A stretch of DNA of 64,000 bases. Source: Parasitella parasitica NRRL 2501 (taxonomy: Eukaryota > Fungi > Mucoromycota). The notes below the pieces were generated by a model that worked only from the letters and a program-made list of their open reading frames with translations, had not been told where the DNA came from and searched no databases. The DNA is taken from assembly GCA_025201805.1 (NCBI GenBank), contig MU619250.1, positions 21,300-85,299 of the forward strand, given 5' to 3'. Positions 13,445 through 25,511 of the stretch are shown here, one piece after another (the first letter of the stretch is position 1; each line of letters begins with the position of its first letter). Both the position numbers and the translations under genes were made by a program.

Positions 13445-15259
13445 ATGACAACATCAGACATAAAAACAACTTGTAACAAGTGCAATACATCGGTTGGAGG
13501 GTCACTCAAACACCATGAAAAGAATTATCATACATCTTCTATTTCAGTGAGATACATGGAAAGCGAAGGTTTTGTTCTTTTTAATATTTCCTGTTTTGTT
13601 CGTTAACATGTGCGAATTTCTTTCTGCCAGATTCAGAACAACCAACCATCCTTCTTTTGGAACGCAATGAGAAGACGGACCAATTTGAATGCCCCTTTTG
13701 CAAGAAGACATGGGCTACATGTTCAAGCACTCGCAGCCATTTTTATCGACATGCTGGTAAATGCTGTGATTCTTCGGGTAGGAACGAATATAACTACCGA
13801 GTCTTTTCTGCTCACCATTATTATATCAAACACAGCTAATTCATCTGGTGATGAAGAAAGTGACATTGAGGACACAACCATTGCCACCATCGAAATGGAG
13901 GCCACAGAACTCATCACTGTGTTTCCTGAATCTATTGACAGCCCTCGAAGAAGCTTTGATGAATCAATTTTACGTGCTTTAAGACAATCAGGCGGTTCTA
14001 TCTGTGAGAGAAACAAAGCCCTGTGGATTGCAGATACATTGAAATTACAACCATTTGCATTGCTGGACGACAATCAAGTGGAAGAAATAGCTCTAACCCA
14101 CTACGACAATCATATGCCTTTGATGACCAAGAGTCAGGATCACACTTTTCGCGTCAAACATGTCACAGCTGGCAAGAAACGTGCATGGGATGATAGTCTT
14201 ATATCGACAAATGCAAATTCAACAACGAATATCGAAGCAAGTCTCATGTCAATCCAACATTACGGACCTTACGCCCAACAATTATCCACACGATGCTACA
14301 AGCAGTTAGATATCAATTCATGTCAATTATTGAACGACGACTGGACGTTTTTGCCTCAACTACGATATGCCTGCGCCCAATTGCTTGCCGGTGCGATTAT
14401 TATGAACAAAAACAATGAGGCTGTACTTGTCAACACCGTGGAGATTTATGGACGCCAGCGTTCCCTCGATGTTCATCGAGAAAACTTTGTGAACAAAAAA
14501 GGAAAATCAGCATCCTCATCTTTACCACCTGTCACCACCAAATACCACCACACATGGGCAACAATTATGGCTGACAATGAAGGCGATAAGTTAGTTGTGT
14601 GAACCAAGACATTGAACGCATTAATCACATCAAGTCTCCGAATCGATTCCATTCATGAAGCAAGTGTTGGGGGGATCATCTCGCATTTTGAATTGGACGA
14701 AAGTGCAGCATTGACAGCGTCAATTTTCTTGGACAGCGATTCGATCAAAAAAGCCAGCAGTTTGGCAAGCAATCGAAATGCAAACAAGATTGATCGGTTT
14801 GATCTGCGATACCAACTTCGACAATTACGATCAAAATTCCAATACCCTTCAACGTACCTCTTTTGTCGCGCGTCGAGCATCTTTGCAAATGACGTGCGGT
14901 CACAACCATATAGCATTTTCACCTTATGTGAAGGACCCGACACAGGACGTGAATCAGCAGCGAAAATAGCCTCGAAACTTTTTCTCAACATTGCGGAAAC
15001 TGTCCAATCTAACACTCATCCAACGTTGCCAAAAACTCTTGTAAATTCTTTATGGACGAAGTGCCAAGATGGTCAAGTGAAATCTATACTGCAACAAATT
15101 GTTGAACTATACCACGATGAAAACGTTATGGATATCTTGGAAAACCATTTCCTCAACGAAAAATTGAAGTCTTTAGCCAACTTGATGTCAACAAGCCTCG
15201 TTTTAGCAAACAAATCAGTGGCAGAAAATGTCAAGTCTCGTGTCCAAAATGGTTATTAG
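13445..15259 (+). pseudogene. Orphan gene with two C2H2-like zinc fingers and a large unknown C-terminal region; one in-frame TGA at 14600-14602
   Basis: Exon 1 CNKC...HHEKNYH; intron 13569-13630; exon 2 CPFC...HFYRH; intron ending at 13835; ORFs 13610-14602 and 14612-15259 share a frame separated by a single TGA. Confidence 0.65.
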
Positions 15260-15398
15260 TGCGCTCTTGTACCAATCTCAAATTTTTTCATCATTTCAAC
15301 CTTTGAATAAAAATTATCCTTCTTTTCAACATTAAGTGCTGCGTCTATCTTTTTACTTTTAAAACATTTTGTCATCATCATTCACTTGAGCTAAAAAA

Positions 15399-15615
15399 AA
15401 AAAAAATAGTGTGAAGGAACGCAATTGGAACGCAGCTGGAACGCAGTTGGAACGCAAGCCAAAAAAAACAGTGTGGAGGAACACAGTTGGAACGCAGCTG
15501 GAACGCAGTTGGAACGCAGTTTGGAACGCAAGCCAAAAAAAACAGTGTGGAGGAACACAGTTGGAACGCAGCTGGAACGCAGTTGGAACGCAGTTTGGAA
15601 CGCAAGCCAAAAAAA
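15399..15615 (+). repeat. Nested tandem array: about 3 units (two identical 74-bp units at 15461-15534 and 15535-15608) built from 11-12 bp TGGAACGCAG(C/T) subrepeats
   Basis: Read directly from the sequence. Confidence 0.95.
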
Positions 15616-15803
15616 CTAACCACCTTCACATTGACAGCCCATTAAAAATTCATTCAAGTTCGATAGAAATTTCTCGCAAATGTTGATAGTGCCAATTTCT
15701 TTTCTTTTAAATCTAAAAATTGGCAACCAAATAAATGTTCAAGAAGATTCCAGCATAATAACATTTCCCATTTTGTTCTTCAGGTCTAATTAGCAATTTC
15801 CAC

Positions 15804-16409
15804 AAATTGTGGTTTTTAAGCTGAAAAACAAAACTTTTTACTACACAAAATTAAGCACCAAAGTGTCTCTCTTTGTTTGGTTGTTCAAGTCTTTTAGTTA
15901 ACATATTCATGAAAAACAGTTTTCTAGTTTTTCAACTTTTTTGGACAATTTTACAAGGTGTTTTTTTAGATCAAAAATATAATCCAATAGATGGTATTAA
16001 TTAGCATGCTTTAATTAATTGACTAAACATTGTTGGCAAATGTTTTGGATTGATATAATACTTCAAAAGCGGAAAATGTTCGTTTGTTTTAAACCAAACC
16101 AAAAAAATATACATGTGAAATACACAGACTTGCACACGGTATCTCGTACTTGGCTTATTTCGATTGCTCAATGAGCAAATGACGCTCTCTTAAACTATAA
16201 AAGTTGAAATCAGTAAATCCGATGGCAAAAATTTGGATTATCTGATGAAGCAGAAGACTTTGCTGCCTGGTAATTTGTAAACAGCAACTGAATTGGCGAG
16301 CAAAGCAATAGCTCAACAAACGAGAGAGCAAACTACGCTTAACTTGTGTACTGTATAGAGCAGTTTACACTGATGCTGCACCAGCTAGAAAATGCCTAAT
16401 TCTATGACC
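15804..16409 (+). repeat. Long direct repeat, copy 2
   Basis: Shares blocks such as GTGGTTTTTAAGCT, AAATTAAGCACCAAAGTGTC, CATGTGAAATACACAGACTTGCAC and the final 95 bp with 12365-13119. Confidence 0.9.
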
Positions 16410-17939
16410 TTTTTTTTTTGTCTACTCTGTGCAAATGTCTTTACTATCATCAGCATGGTTATTCTCTCATCAAATATCTAATCGGTTAAAAACTTTTGAA
16501 AGACGAGTACATTCAACTGTAGATTTTAAAGTGTACTTATTATTACAATTTTGGTTTTCATGCAACGAAAATCACCGGTCTTATAGTAGTAATATTGCTT
16601 CTCAGATCACAAATTTGAAGTGGGCTAGAGCCTTTGGAAGATGCAACGCTCTACAGAAATGAAAAGATTGCAATGCGTAGTAATATCACAAGCTGCATCA
16701 AAAAATTCCTCGATTTATAAAGAGGAATATGATCTCATTACGAGTTTAATAGCATTTATTTTACTACAACATTTAAAAAAACACACACACACCATCCAGA
16801 ATTAACAATATGTTTGATGTTGGGTTGCACGTGGTCTGATCGTTCTTAATGCAACTGAACGAACACATAAAAATTGTTTGCATTGTATCTACAAAAATTA
16901 ACTTGAATATTCAAGTAAACAAGGTGTCTGATTGGCTGTAAAACTATAGATACTCTGTATAATGCGTATTGTACCACTGCATACAAACATCCTTGAATAG
17001 TGTAACGTTTTACAGCTCTTTTTTTTGGTTATTGGCATCAAGTTTTATCGATTTGCTTATGAAACCGGTACATCAAAAGTCCGTTATAACTGATCATTGA
17101 TGAATTATCATCTGTGAAGATTAGTATTTTTCAAACTGTTTTGTGGAAACCTTTTATTATATTTGAGACGGTCGACGTGCATGCAGGGTTGCCGTTGCTG
17201 TCAGCCTACATTTATGCATTATTTCAATATGTATACATCCCTCAGATCTACGGATGCTAAAAAAGTACAGCCATATAACTTGGAAAATAAACAGCAGAAT
17301 CCAAAGCACAGACTTCCAAGAAGCTTCATATAAGCCATACAAGGAAAAAAGTAAAAAGTGTGTAATGTGCTAAGGTATTATTTTTTCAAAGGTGAACAGC
17401 TATTTTTTATTTAATAAGATTGGGAATAACGTGGGAATTTAATCCTTAATTCTGTATTGCAAATGTCGAATATCAGCCACAAGGAACAAACCAAATCTTG
17501 ATACATAATTCTACAAAAAAGAACTATTTGCAGCACAAACATTCGTTGTTTATTCGAGCAAACAGAATACTAGGTCATATAACAACTTTTCGATGGAAAT
17601 AAATAGATGCATCGATCCTTTACATTGTCCTCCTCTCCAGTCAAACGATATTTGTGTTAAGATTCCGAATATCCAATGTAACCCTATATCTGCGGGGCAT
17701 GTGACATCATTGGTGGATTGATATGGTAGTTGAGGGAGGGTATATTTGATGGCATACAACAGTTGGTATTATTGCTATATCCATTACTCAACCCATTTAT
17801 GATTGGGGAGCATTGCACCTGGTGACTGCAGCCAGAAAAAAAAAGGTATATAAGCAAACAGATCTTGTCCATAGCTTTGTCTTTTTTTTTTTTCTTTACC
17901 ATCAACACTTCTCTCCACGACAAGATATCAACGATTAAA

Positions 17940-19287
17940 ATGGCTGCTTACGAATCTCTTGAATTTGAACAATTAAAGACCTCTTCTTTGGGTCAATGTA
18001 TCGGTATGGATTTGAAAATGCATATCGCTTAAATGATATGCAAGCGACATCTAACACCTTTCACTCTCATAGATCTTGCTTCTTCTGCTCTTGGATCCAC
18101 CATTGTTGCTGTCACTGATGAGTTCTTTGCTCCTGCCACCAACATGATCAACCCTGCTCCCCCAATTCACGCTCCCGGTCGTTTCGTCGGTAAGTAGCAT
18201 TTGCTTGTTTCTTTCGGGATCAAAAATCTGATAAATCACACCATTACTGTAGACACTGGTGCCTGGATGGACGGTTGGGAGACCAAGCGTCATAACCCCA
18301 ACTATGATTGGTATGTATTATATAGAAAGAATGAAAGAAACAAAAAGGCAGAGAAAAGCACACAAAAGAGAACTCGGGAACTGACTATTTCTGAAAACAC
18401 AGGGCCATCATCAAGCTCGGTTTCTCTGGCTCTTTCAAGGGTTTTGATATCGATACTCACTACTTCACCGGTAACCAAGCTCCTTTCGCTTCCGTCGATG
18501 CCGCTGTTGTTCCTGTCGGTGCTGATGCTCAATCCGCTGAAATCAAGTGGACCGAAATCTTGCCCAAGGTTGCCTTGCCTCCTACCCAGCACAATGTCTT
18601 TGCATTGAAGGAAGAGACCGCTGTCTACACCCATCTCCGCGTTAACAACATTCCTGATGGTGGTATTGCTCGTTTCCGTGCTTACGGTAATGTCTCCCCT
18701 GTCTGGCCTCAAGACAAATCGTAAGTTTTGCATTTATTTGTGATAAGTAAAATAGATAAGCTGATAAGAAGTTTTTTCGTAGCGCTATCGTCGATCTCGC
18801 TTTCTGCGGTAACGGTGCTCGTGCTGTTGAGGTTTCTAACCAACATTACACTCCCGGTTCCAACATCTTGTTGCCTGGCCGTGGCCAAAACATGGGTGAC
18901 GGTTGGGAAACCAAGCGTTCTCGCACTCCTGGACACACTGACCACGTCCTCATCCGCCTCGGTGATAGAGGTCATATCTTAAAAGCTGTTGTTGACACCT
19001 CCAACTACTGCGGTAACTACCCCCACAAGATCATCTTGCAAGCTACTTCCTCTACCAAGGAAGTTCCTGAGGCTGATGCTGAATGGACCACTTTGATTGA
19101 ACCCGCCACCACTGGTCCTCATGATCTCTTCTACTTTGATCTCCCCCACACCGATAAGGTCTTTTCTCATGCCAAGATTGTCATTGTTCCCGATGGTGGT
19201 CTCAAGCGTCTCCGTCTTTACGGTGTTCGTGAGGGCGCTACTCTCCCTGCTCTCCCCATTGATATCGGAAATGCTGCTGCCCAGTAA
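17940..19287 (+). CDS. DAL2: Allantoicase, multi-exon
   Basis: TDEFFAPA, two DGWETKR motifs, IDTHYFTGN, PDGGIARFR and PDGGLKRLR: the duplicated allantoicase repeat. Confidence 0.93.
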
Positions 19288-19540
19288 ATTAACTAGCAGG
19301 AGGAAAAATAAGTGGAATTGTTCATGTTGGGAGTTGGTTTTCTAGAATTAAGATCCTTCTAATACTCGAAATTTTCATTCTTATTTGTTTAAATCACATT
19401 CAACTACTACATACCTTTTTGAAAAAACTGTAGATATAAAAATAAAACAATACACTGTACCATTACTGCCATTAAACAAAATTACAGACTTTGTCATGAC
19501 CGCTTTAACTCTTAAACGAACTATAGAATAGATGTCTAAT

Positions 19541-19574
19541 TTAGCACGATGAAATTGTTAGCACGATGAAATTG
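19541..19574. repeat. Perfect 17-bp tandem duplication TTAGCACGATGAAATTG x2
   Basis: Read directly from the sequence. Confidence 0.9.
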
Positions 19575-20025
19575 GCGAACACCGAGGCTTTTGATGACTA
19601 GATCGTTACAGACAGAATCAAACGCGAGTTTATATTTCTAGAATAGGTTCTTGCGATATGGATTGATGGTTCAACACACATCAAATAATCTTGGGCGATG
19701 CAGAAACTCTCAACTGGCGCAGAACTTTTATTACTGACACGCTAGGATTTAGAATACGATGTTTTCCTAATCAGTACTGTGTAATAGGAGAAGCCGTCTT
19801 CAGATATTGCTGTCAAATTTTGAGTAAAAAAAAGGTGTAATAATCACACAGTCTCCATCGTATACGTTTAATGTACATTGATACAGTCTTTTGCTTCCAA
19901 TATGCAGACAATTAGACGCAGAACTTCAATCTGAGATTGTTTGTCACTTCTCTACTTTTCTCAGAGTGTGCTTCTTTTCTTTTCTTTTTTTTGTAATAAA
20001 AAAAGAAGCAAACCGATATACAGCC

Positions 20026-21290
20026 ATGGTAGAGCTTGATCCACAAATCTTCTTTACAGAATCTCGAAATATATTAGATGATCATGTGAGTCTTAGTTTA
20101 TAAGGCTAGTATCGTAATTTTCTAAAGCAATACAAAACATATAGCATGATAGAAGAGAAAGAATTATCAAAGTATCAAGGTTAGACATATGATTACAGCC
20201 AGAGACTTTCTGCTTTCTGAATATCAGCATTGTAGGGATATTACAGCACTCAGCAAAAAGATGATATTCGCATTGCATAGGTACATACAGACACGCCCTT
20301 TTACATGGCGATAATTGATATAGTAGTATTTATATCCTTATATGAATACGATTAGAGCAGTTCAAGCAAACAATAGCAACCCAAATTATAAGGAAGCTGA
20401 CAACCGTCAAGAAGAAATTATTGCATTGTTCAAGAAACTAGCTATTGATATACAAGGGTTGCATTATCACAGGTAATTCTCTTTATGTTAAAGACTTGTA
20501 CATTAACATTTGATTAAATTCTAGATATGCAAGAAGCTTTTCAGGCGGATTTGAGGAGTTTGTAGGGCAATTGAATGATAAAAAAAAAATACCAGGACCA
20601 TTACTTACTTTATCATGTACATGTAGATTGAAGCTATCGCATTCTATCATTTTTTGCTTCATAAAACTGTCATTACAAAAGACCAAGTGGATGCATGTTT
20701 CAAAGATGCACAAGGTCAAATGGTAACGCACATACGCCGTTTAGAAATATTACACCAGCCAATTTACAACTTGCACTAATTTAGTGGATTCCTGTCAAAG
20801 TAGAGGATTATGTAAAGGAGTATATGAATAGGTATATTTCAATACATTATAGACTAACTTGAAACTTGCTAGATTTTAGGTTTAGCCGATTTCACTGGTG
20901 AATTAATGCGGCATGCAATTCATGTAGTTTCTACAGGAAAATACGATCAGGCGATGGTTATTTGTAAGCTTTTAAGAAAGATTGATCTAGGTTGGTGAAG
21001 AATCATTAAAATAAAATTCGATCGAACAATTAAGACCATGATAGATTTTGATCTGATTGCAACATCTTACTTGCCCCTGTTATCCAAAAAACTGGGGGCC
21101 TTGAAAGGAAGCATCAAAAAAGTTGAGCAAGGTAAACCCTCAGCCTGTGCCTGCATAGTGGATCATAAAGCTAATACAAATCATAGCCTGTTACACTTTT
21201 CAGATAAGAGGAAGTGAATACCCAGAAGAAATGTATTTGACAATCATCAAAAACCATCAGGATAATTATGAGCATGAACAGATTTCTTGA
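20026..21290 (+). CDS. TSNAX: Translin-associated factor X (TRAX, catalytic subunit of C3PO), 10 short exons, about 245 aa
   Basis: Manual splicing of 9 GT-AG introns gives LDDH|HDRRERIIKVSR|DITALSKKMIFALHR...GGFEEF|IEA...EDY|ILGLADFTGELMR...KKVEQ|ACYTFQIRGSEY, the TRAX signature motifs. Confidence 0.92.
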
Positions 21291-21387
21291 GTAAACACAA
21301 AATGTATTTGAAATAATAGCAATAAAATATACACAAAAACTAGAAAGAGAAATCCTTCCACATATGACGAATAAATAGGTGCACTTT

Positions 21388-23553
21388 CTAATGAAATTTC
21401 TCAAGGGCTTCAGCTTCAGCCTCAATGGCAGGAGGAGCAGCCTTCCCTTCCATTTGATATCCAGCTGCATCTTGGTCAGCCATTCTCTTGAGACGAGCCT
21501 CTTCGTCAATAACATCGTAATGTCTAAATACAATATAGTAGATGATACCTGTAACAAATGCTCCTACGGCTACGCCAGCATAGACATACGTCATGTAGGG
21601 ATCGTGTGCTGATGGTGAAATAGCCAGAGAGATCAAAGCAGCAACACAGTTTGGCCACAACGAAAGAGCAGAAACCAGGGATTTCATCGACTTTGGAGCA
21701 TGCGTGTAGGCGTATTCCATGGAGGTGATAGACGCAAAGATTTCAGAGAAAGCAATGAGGATGTAACAAGGAATTTGCAGAAAGACGCTGACATTCGATT
21801 GCTTACCGAGCGATGAAATGAACAGGTCATCTATGTAGATATAATGCTGAAGAACAGAAGCATAGACCATGGCAAAAGACCCGAGGAAGAAGCCAACAGT
21901 AATACGCTTTTGGCTAGCAAAATTGATTTTGTACTTGCGCAATAGAGGGTAGAGGATGCCATCAGTGATAGGAATGAAAATAATGAGAGCAATAGGGTCA
22001 AAGTTGTTCATAATATCGTTGGGAAGGCCGGCAGGCTTGCTCATGACACCCGCTTGAGACAACAGGTTGTTTGACAGCTGGTTGTAAGAGACCCAGTAGA
22101 TGCTAAGAGGGATAAAGATCTTACATGCCATAATCGCTTGCTTCAATTCATCGACAAAGGTATCATCCCATTTGACTTTCTCGCTAGTTTCCGCAGACCA
22201 TTCACTGACGGCGGGGATATCCGAACCTCGCTTGGCAAAATCCATGACATCTTTTGATCTCTTACGAGCTTCCTTGTTTTCTGGTAACTTGGCCTGGGCC
22301 AACGCAAATTTGATCACTTTCCAAGCCTTGAGGATAACAGAATCAGTAGCAGTGGGCTTGTAATAGAGCTTTGAGCCAGCAATAAAGACAAGAATGGCTA
22401 CAGCAAACATGCATGTAGGCAATAAAAAGGCCGCATAGAAACCAACATTCAGTTCCAAAAGGGGGCAAATAACACCACCCAAAAGCGAACCCACATTAAT
22501 AGCCCAATAAAACCTAAATGTAGCAAAAATCCGTTAGATTATCAAAATGAAACGGAGACTTTGCCATCGGTTGCAACTTTTACCAGTTGTACAAATGTTG
22601 GATACTCAGATCATAATCCACCATGACATGTTCGCCAGATTTAAGTTCCTTGACGTAATTCTCAGTCTTCCTGTATTGGTCTGCACAAAGAGGGGAAACA
22701 ATGCCCTTGATACCCCCGGTACCAACTATACAAGAAAGAATCAGTGAAACCTTAATTTGAATATTCATGCTTTACGTTACAGCCAATAACCACAAGAGCG
22801 ACGACGTAACCTGGGAAACCAGCTCCGTTTGCTAAAGCGGAGGGAATGGAAGTTGTTGTGAGAATTAACCAGCCGACCATGTAAATAATCGAAAATATAA
22901 TAATTGTCCAATAACGGCCAATATAACCATCTAAGTAGGTCCACGGAAAAAAGTTTGTTTAGTTGACATGTATAATAGCGATTTATTTTTTCTTACCAGC
23001 AATAATAGCACCCAACATTGGTGTAAAATAACAGAAAAAGGTAAAAAAGTTTTGCAATGCAGTAGCTGTAGATTGGCCGCGATTCAATTCACCAGCGGGA
23101 TCATCCGTAGGGCCATTCTGATTGCAAAATTGAGGAAAAGCACCATGATTTTCATACTGTCACCTAAAGCTTACCTGAACATAATTCTGGAAAGGAGTGG
23201 ACCCACCATAGTATGCAAATCTACAAACAGTATGAAATGATCGTGAGAAATATATCCTACCTGTTATAGAAAAAAAGCCAAGAAAAGAAATTTGTAGAAC
23301 AGTAAATATTTTACCTTTCACTGTACGCAGATGGAATGTTAGCCATTATTGATGTAAAAAAAAAAAGGAAAAGTGCTTACCAGAATTCATTGACCAGAAT
23401 AAAGCAGGCGGCAAGAGGAATGCCCTCTGCTACTCGACGCAAATTGACAGCGTCTTGATGGGCATTTAATGCCCCAACATGCTCGTACTCCACTTCCGTA
23501 GTGACATCAAAGTTCGCTTCAAACTTTTTATCGTCTTCCTTTAAAACTGACAT
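21388..23553 (-). CDS. PTR2: POT/PTR family di/tripeptide:H+ transporter, multi-exon
   Basis: ExxER-like ILVNEF motif, GTGGIK..VSPLCADQY, FYWAINVGS, SEIFASITSMEYAYTHAPKSMKS. Confidence 0.93.
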
Positions 23554-23575
23554 TCTACTCTTTTTTTTTTTTTTT

Positions 23576-24180
23576 NNNNNNNNNNNNNNNNNNNNNNNNN
23601 NNNNNNNNNNNNNNNNNNNNNNNNNNNNNNNNNNNNNNNNNNNNNNNNNNNNNNNNNNNNNNNNNNNNNNNNNNNNNNNNNNNNNNNNNNNNNNNNNNNN
23701 NNNNNNNNNNNNNNNNNNNNNNNNNNNNNNNNNNNNNNNNNNNNNNNNNNNNNNNNNNNNNNNNNNNNNNNNNNNNNNNNNNNNNNNNNNNNNNNNNNNN
23801 NNNNNNNNNNNNNNNNNNNNNNNNNNNNNNNNNNNNNNNNNNNNNNNNNNNNNNNNNNNNNNNNNNNNNNNNNNNNNNNNNNNNNNNNNNNNNNNNNNNN
23901 NNNNNNNNNNNNNNNNNNNNNNNNNNNNNNNNNNNNNNNNNNNNNNNNNNNNNNNNNNNNNNNNNNNNNNNNNNNNNNNNNNNNNNNNNNNNNNNNNNNN
24001 NNNNNNNNNNNNNNNNNNNNNNNNNNNNNNNNNNNNNNNNNNNNNNNNNNNNNNNNNNNNNNNNNNNNNNNNNNNNNNNNNNNNNNNNNNNNNNNNNNNN
24101 NNNNNNNNNNNNNNNNNNNNNNNNNNNNNNNNNNNNNNNNNNNNNNNNNNNNNNNNNNNNNNNNNNNNNNNNNNNNNNNN
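23576..24180. other. Assembly gap flanked by poly(T) and poly(A)
   Basis: Run of N. Confidence 1.
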
Positions 24181-24237
24181 AAAAAAAAAAAAAAAAAAAG
24201 AGCCCCCTATAATAAGGGCAAACACAAATGTGTGAAA

Positions 24238-25164
24238 TTAGCCTGCCAACATTGCTTGTTTCTCCCTAGCCGGCTTGGCAGCTAATTGAATTGGGAATTA
24301 GGATTCTACGGAGCTATATTAATCATTCAAGGGCCTTACCTTGCTTATCCTCTCTGATAGAGGAAGGTATATGAGTTGGGACGTCTGGTATTTGATCAGG
24401 AAGAGTCTGTGGTAGCTCAACATCAGGAACTTTGGGTAATGCTGATTTAATCTGCATTTAAGGACGTATTAGTTTGATTTGCTGTACGTCTCGGTCTGTA
24501 AAATATACCTCTTGCTCGCGGAGATCATCTAGTTCCTTCGAAATCTCTTCTTCATCTTCAGAGCTTATTAATCCATGCAGCATTTCATCGATTTCCTATC
24601 AAACCGCTTTAGCATAAACACGGTGCCAAAAGAGCCCTTTTTTTTTTTCCTTTACTTTCTGATAGGCAATTGCATCAGCTGTGTCATCCATTAATTTCTC
24701 GACAGCTTCTAATGATGTCTCCTTGTGGATCTCCTTTAATACATCGTTGCCACACTTCAATCCCTCCAAAACTTGCTTTTCAACAAGCGCAAACTCAATA
24801 GAATTCGTCTAGACGGCATAATTAGTAGTGCAGATAGTTTGCAACCTGCCTACACTTACTAATTCTTCTAGATTCATTAGTTGTTGATAGGTTTTGTCAA
24901 GTAACTGGATTTGATATTTCTTTTTTTTCAATGCTAAAAGTGCCTTTTGTTTGTTTCCTTGCTGTATTGCTAGTTTGGCTGCCTCAACCTCTCTGTCAAT
25001 AACTACGTTAAGCTAATTGACACTGAATGAGCTGTCTGTTTTGTTATTTCATTAAAGGATTTCACCTTTTTCTGATATCTTTTGAGCTTATCTCTTTGGA
25101 CTTTCAAATCCAACACTGCTCTATCTTGCGAAGTAACTCTGTTCTTTGACGCGCCAGCTCCCAT
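24238..25164 (-). CDS. VPS20: ESCRT-III subunit Vps20/CHMP6, multi-exon
   Basis: MGAGASKNRVTSQDRAVLDLKVQRDKLK (myristoylation MG), ALLALKKKKYQ, IEFALVEKQVLEGLK, LPKVPD MIM2-like tail. Confidence 0.92.
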
Positions 25165-25511
25165 ATTGTTAAATAGATAAAATGAAAAGGAAGAATACAT
25201 GTTTCCTATAAGGTCACATTATATCTATACTTGGAGAGAATTAACTCATAACCAATCATAAAACTGAATACTGCCGAAGATTATCGATGCTTTGAGGGAT
25301 TGTTTTCATCTTAATTACACATACCAAGTGAAGGTATTGAGCGATATTCATTCTTCAAAAAGCTGAACATGCCTTTGGATTTTCTTTTTCCATAAAAAAA
25401 TTAATCAGAACATACAAATAATCCAAGATTAAACCATGACACAGAAGCATGAAAGCTTGGCTGTTTTACTGTATGCCCAATTTTAAATCTGATACTGTTT
25501 ATTAAAAGAAA

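Larger units (their letters stand above)
13393..15615 (+). mobile_element. Putative TIR/foldback-like element carrying a zinc-finger gene; class unassigned
   Basis: 13393-13404 TTGCGTTCCTTC is the reverse complement of 15413-15424 GAAGGAACGCAA at the inner edge of a tandem array; the gene lies between them; long direct repeats lie outside. Confidence 0.5.

Noticed and set aside
14600-14602. In-frame TGA read as selenocysteine or as a target of A-to-I repair
   Set aside because: No redox-motif context or visible SECIS element, and neither mechanism is established for Mucorales.
15399-15615. CRISPR array, telomeric repeat, or protein-coding repeat ORFs
   Set aside because: No unique spacers, eukaryotic host, interstitial two-level structure; the ORFs on both strands are by-products of the repeat.
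12365-16409. LTR retrotransposon
   Set aside because: No clear TG...CA termini, primer-binding site or polypurine tract; no gag or pol; the internal gene has introns.
17940-23553. Nitrogen-scavenging cluster of allantoicase and PTR2
   Set aside because: TRAX lies between them and no other purine-catabolism genes are present.
23560-24200. Poly(T)...poly(A) flanking the gap as an inverted repeat, and ORFs spanning the gap
   Set aside because: Homopolymers are common throughout and are typical contig break points; the ORFs are made of N.
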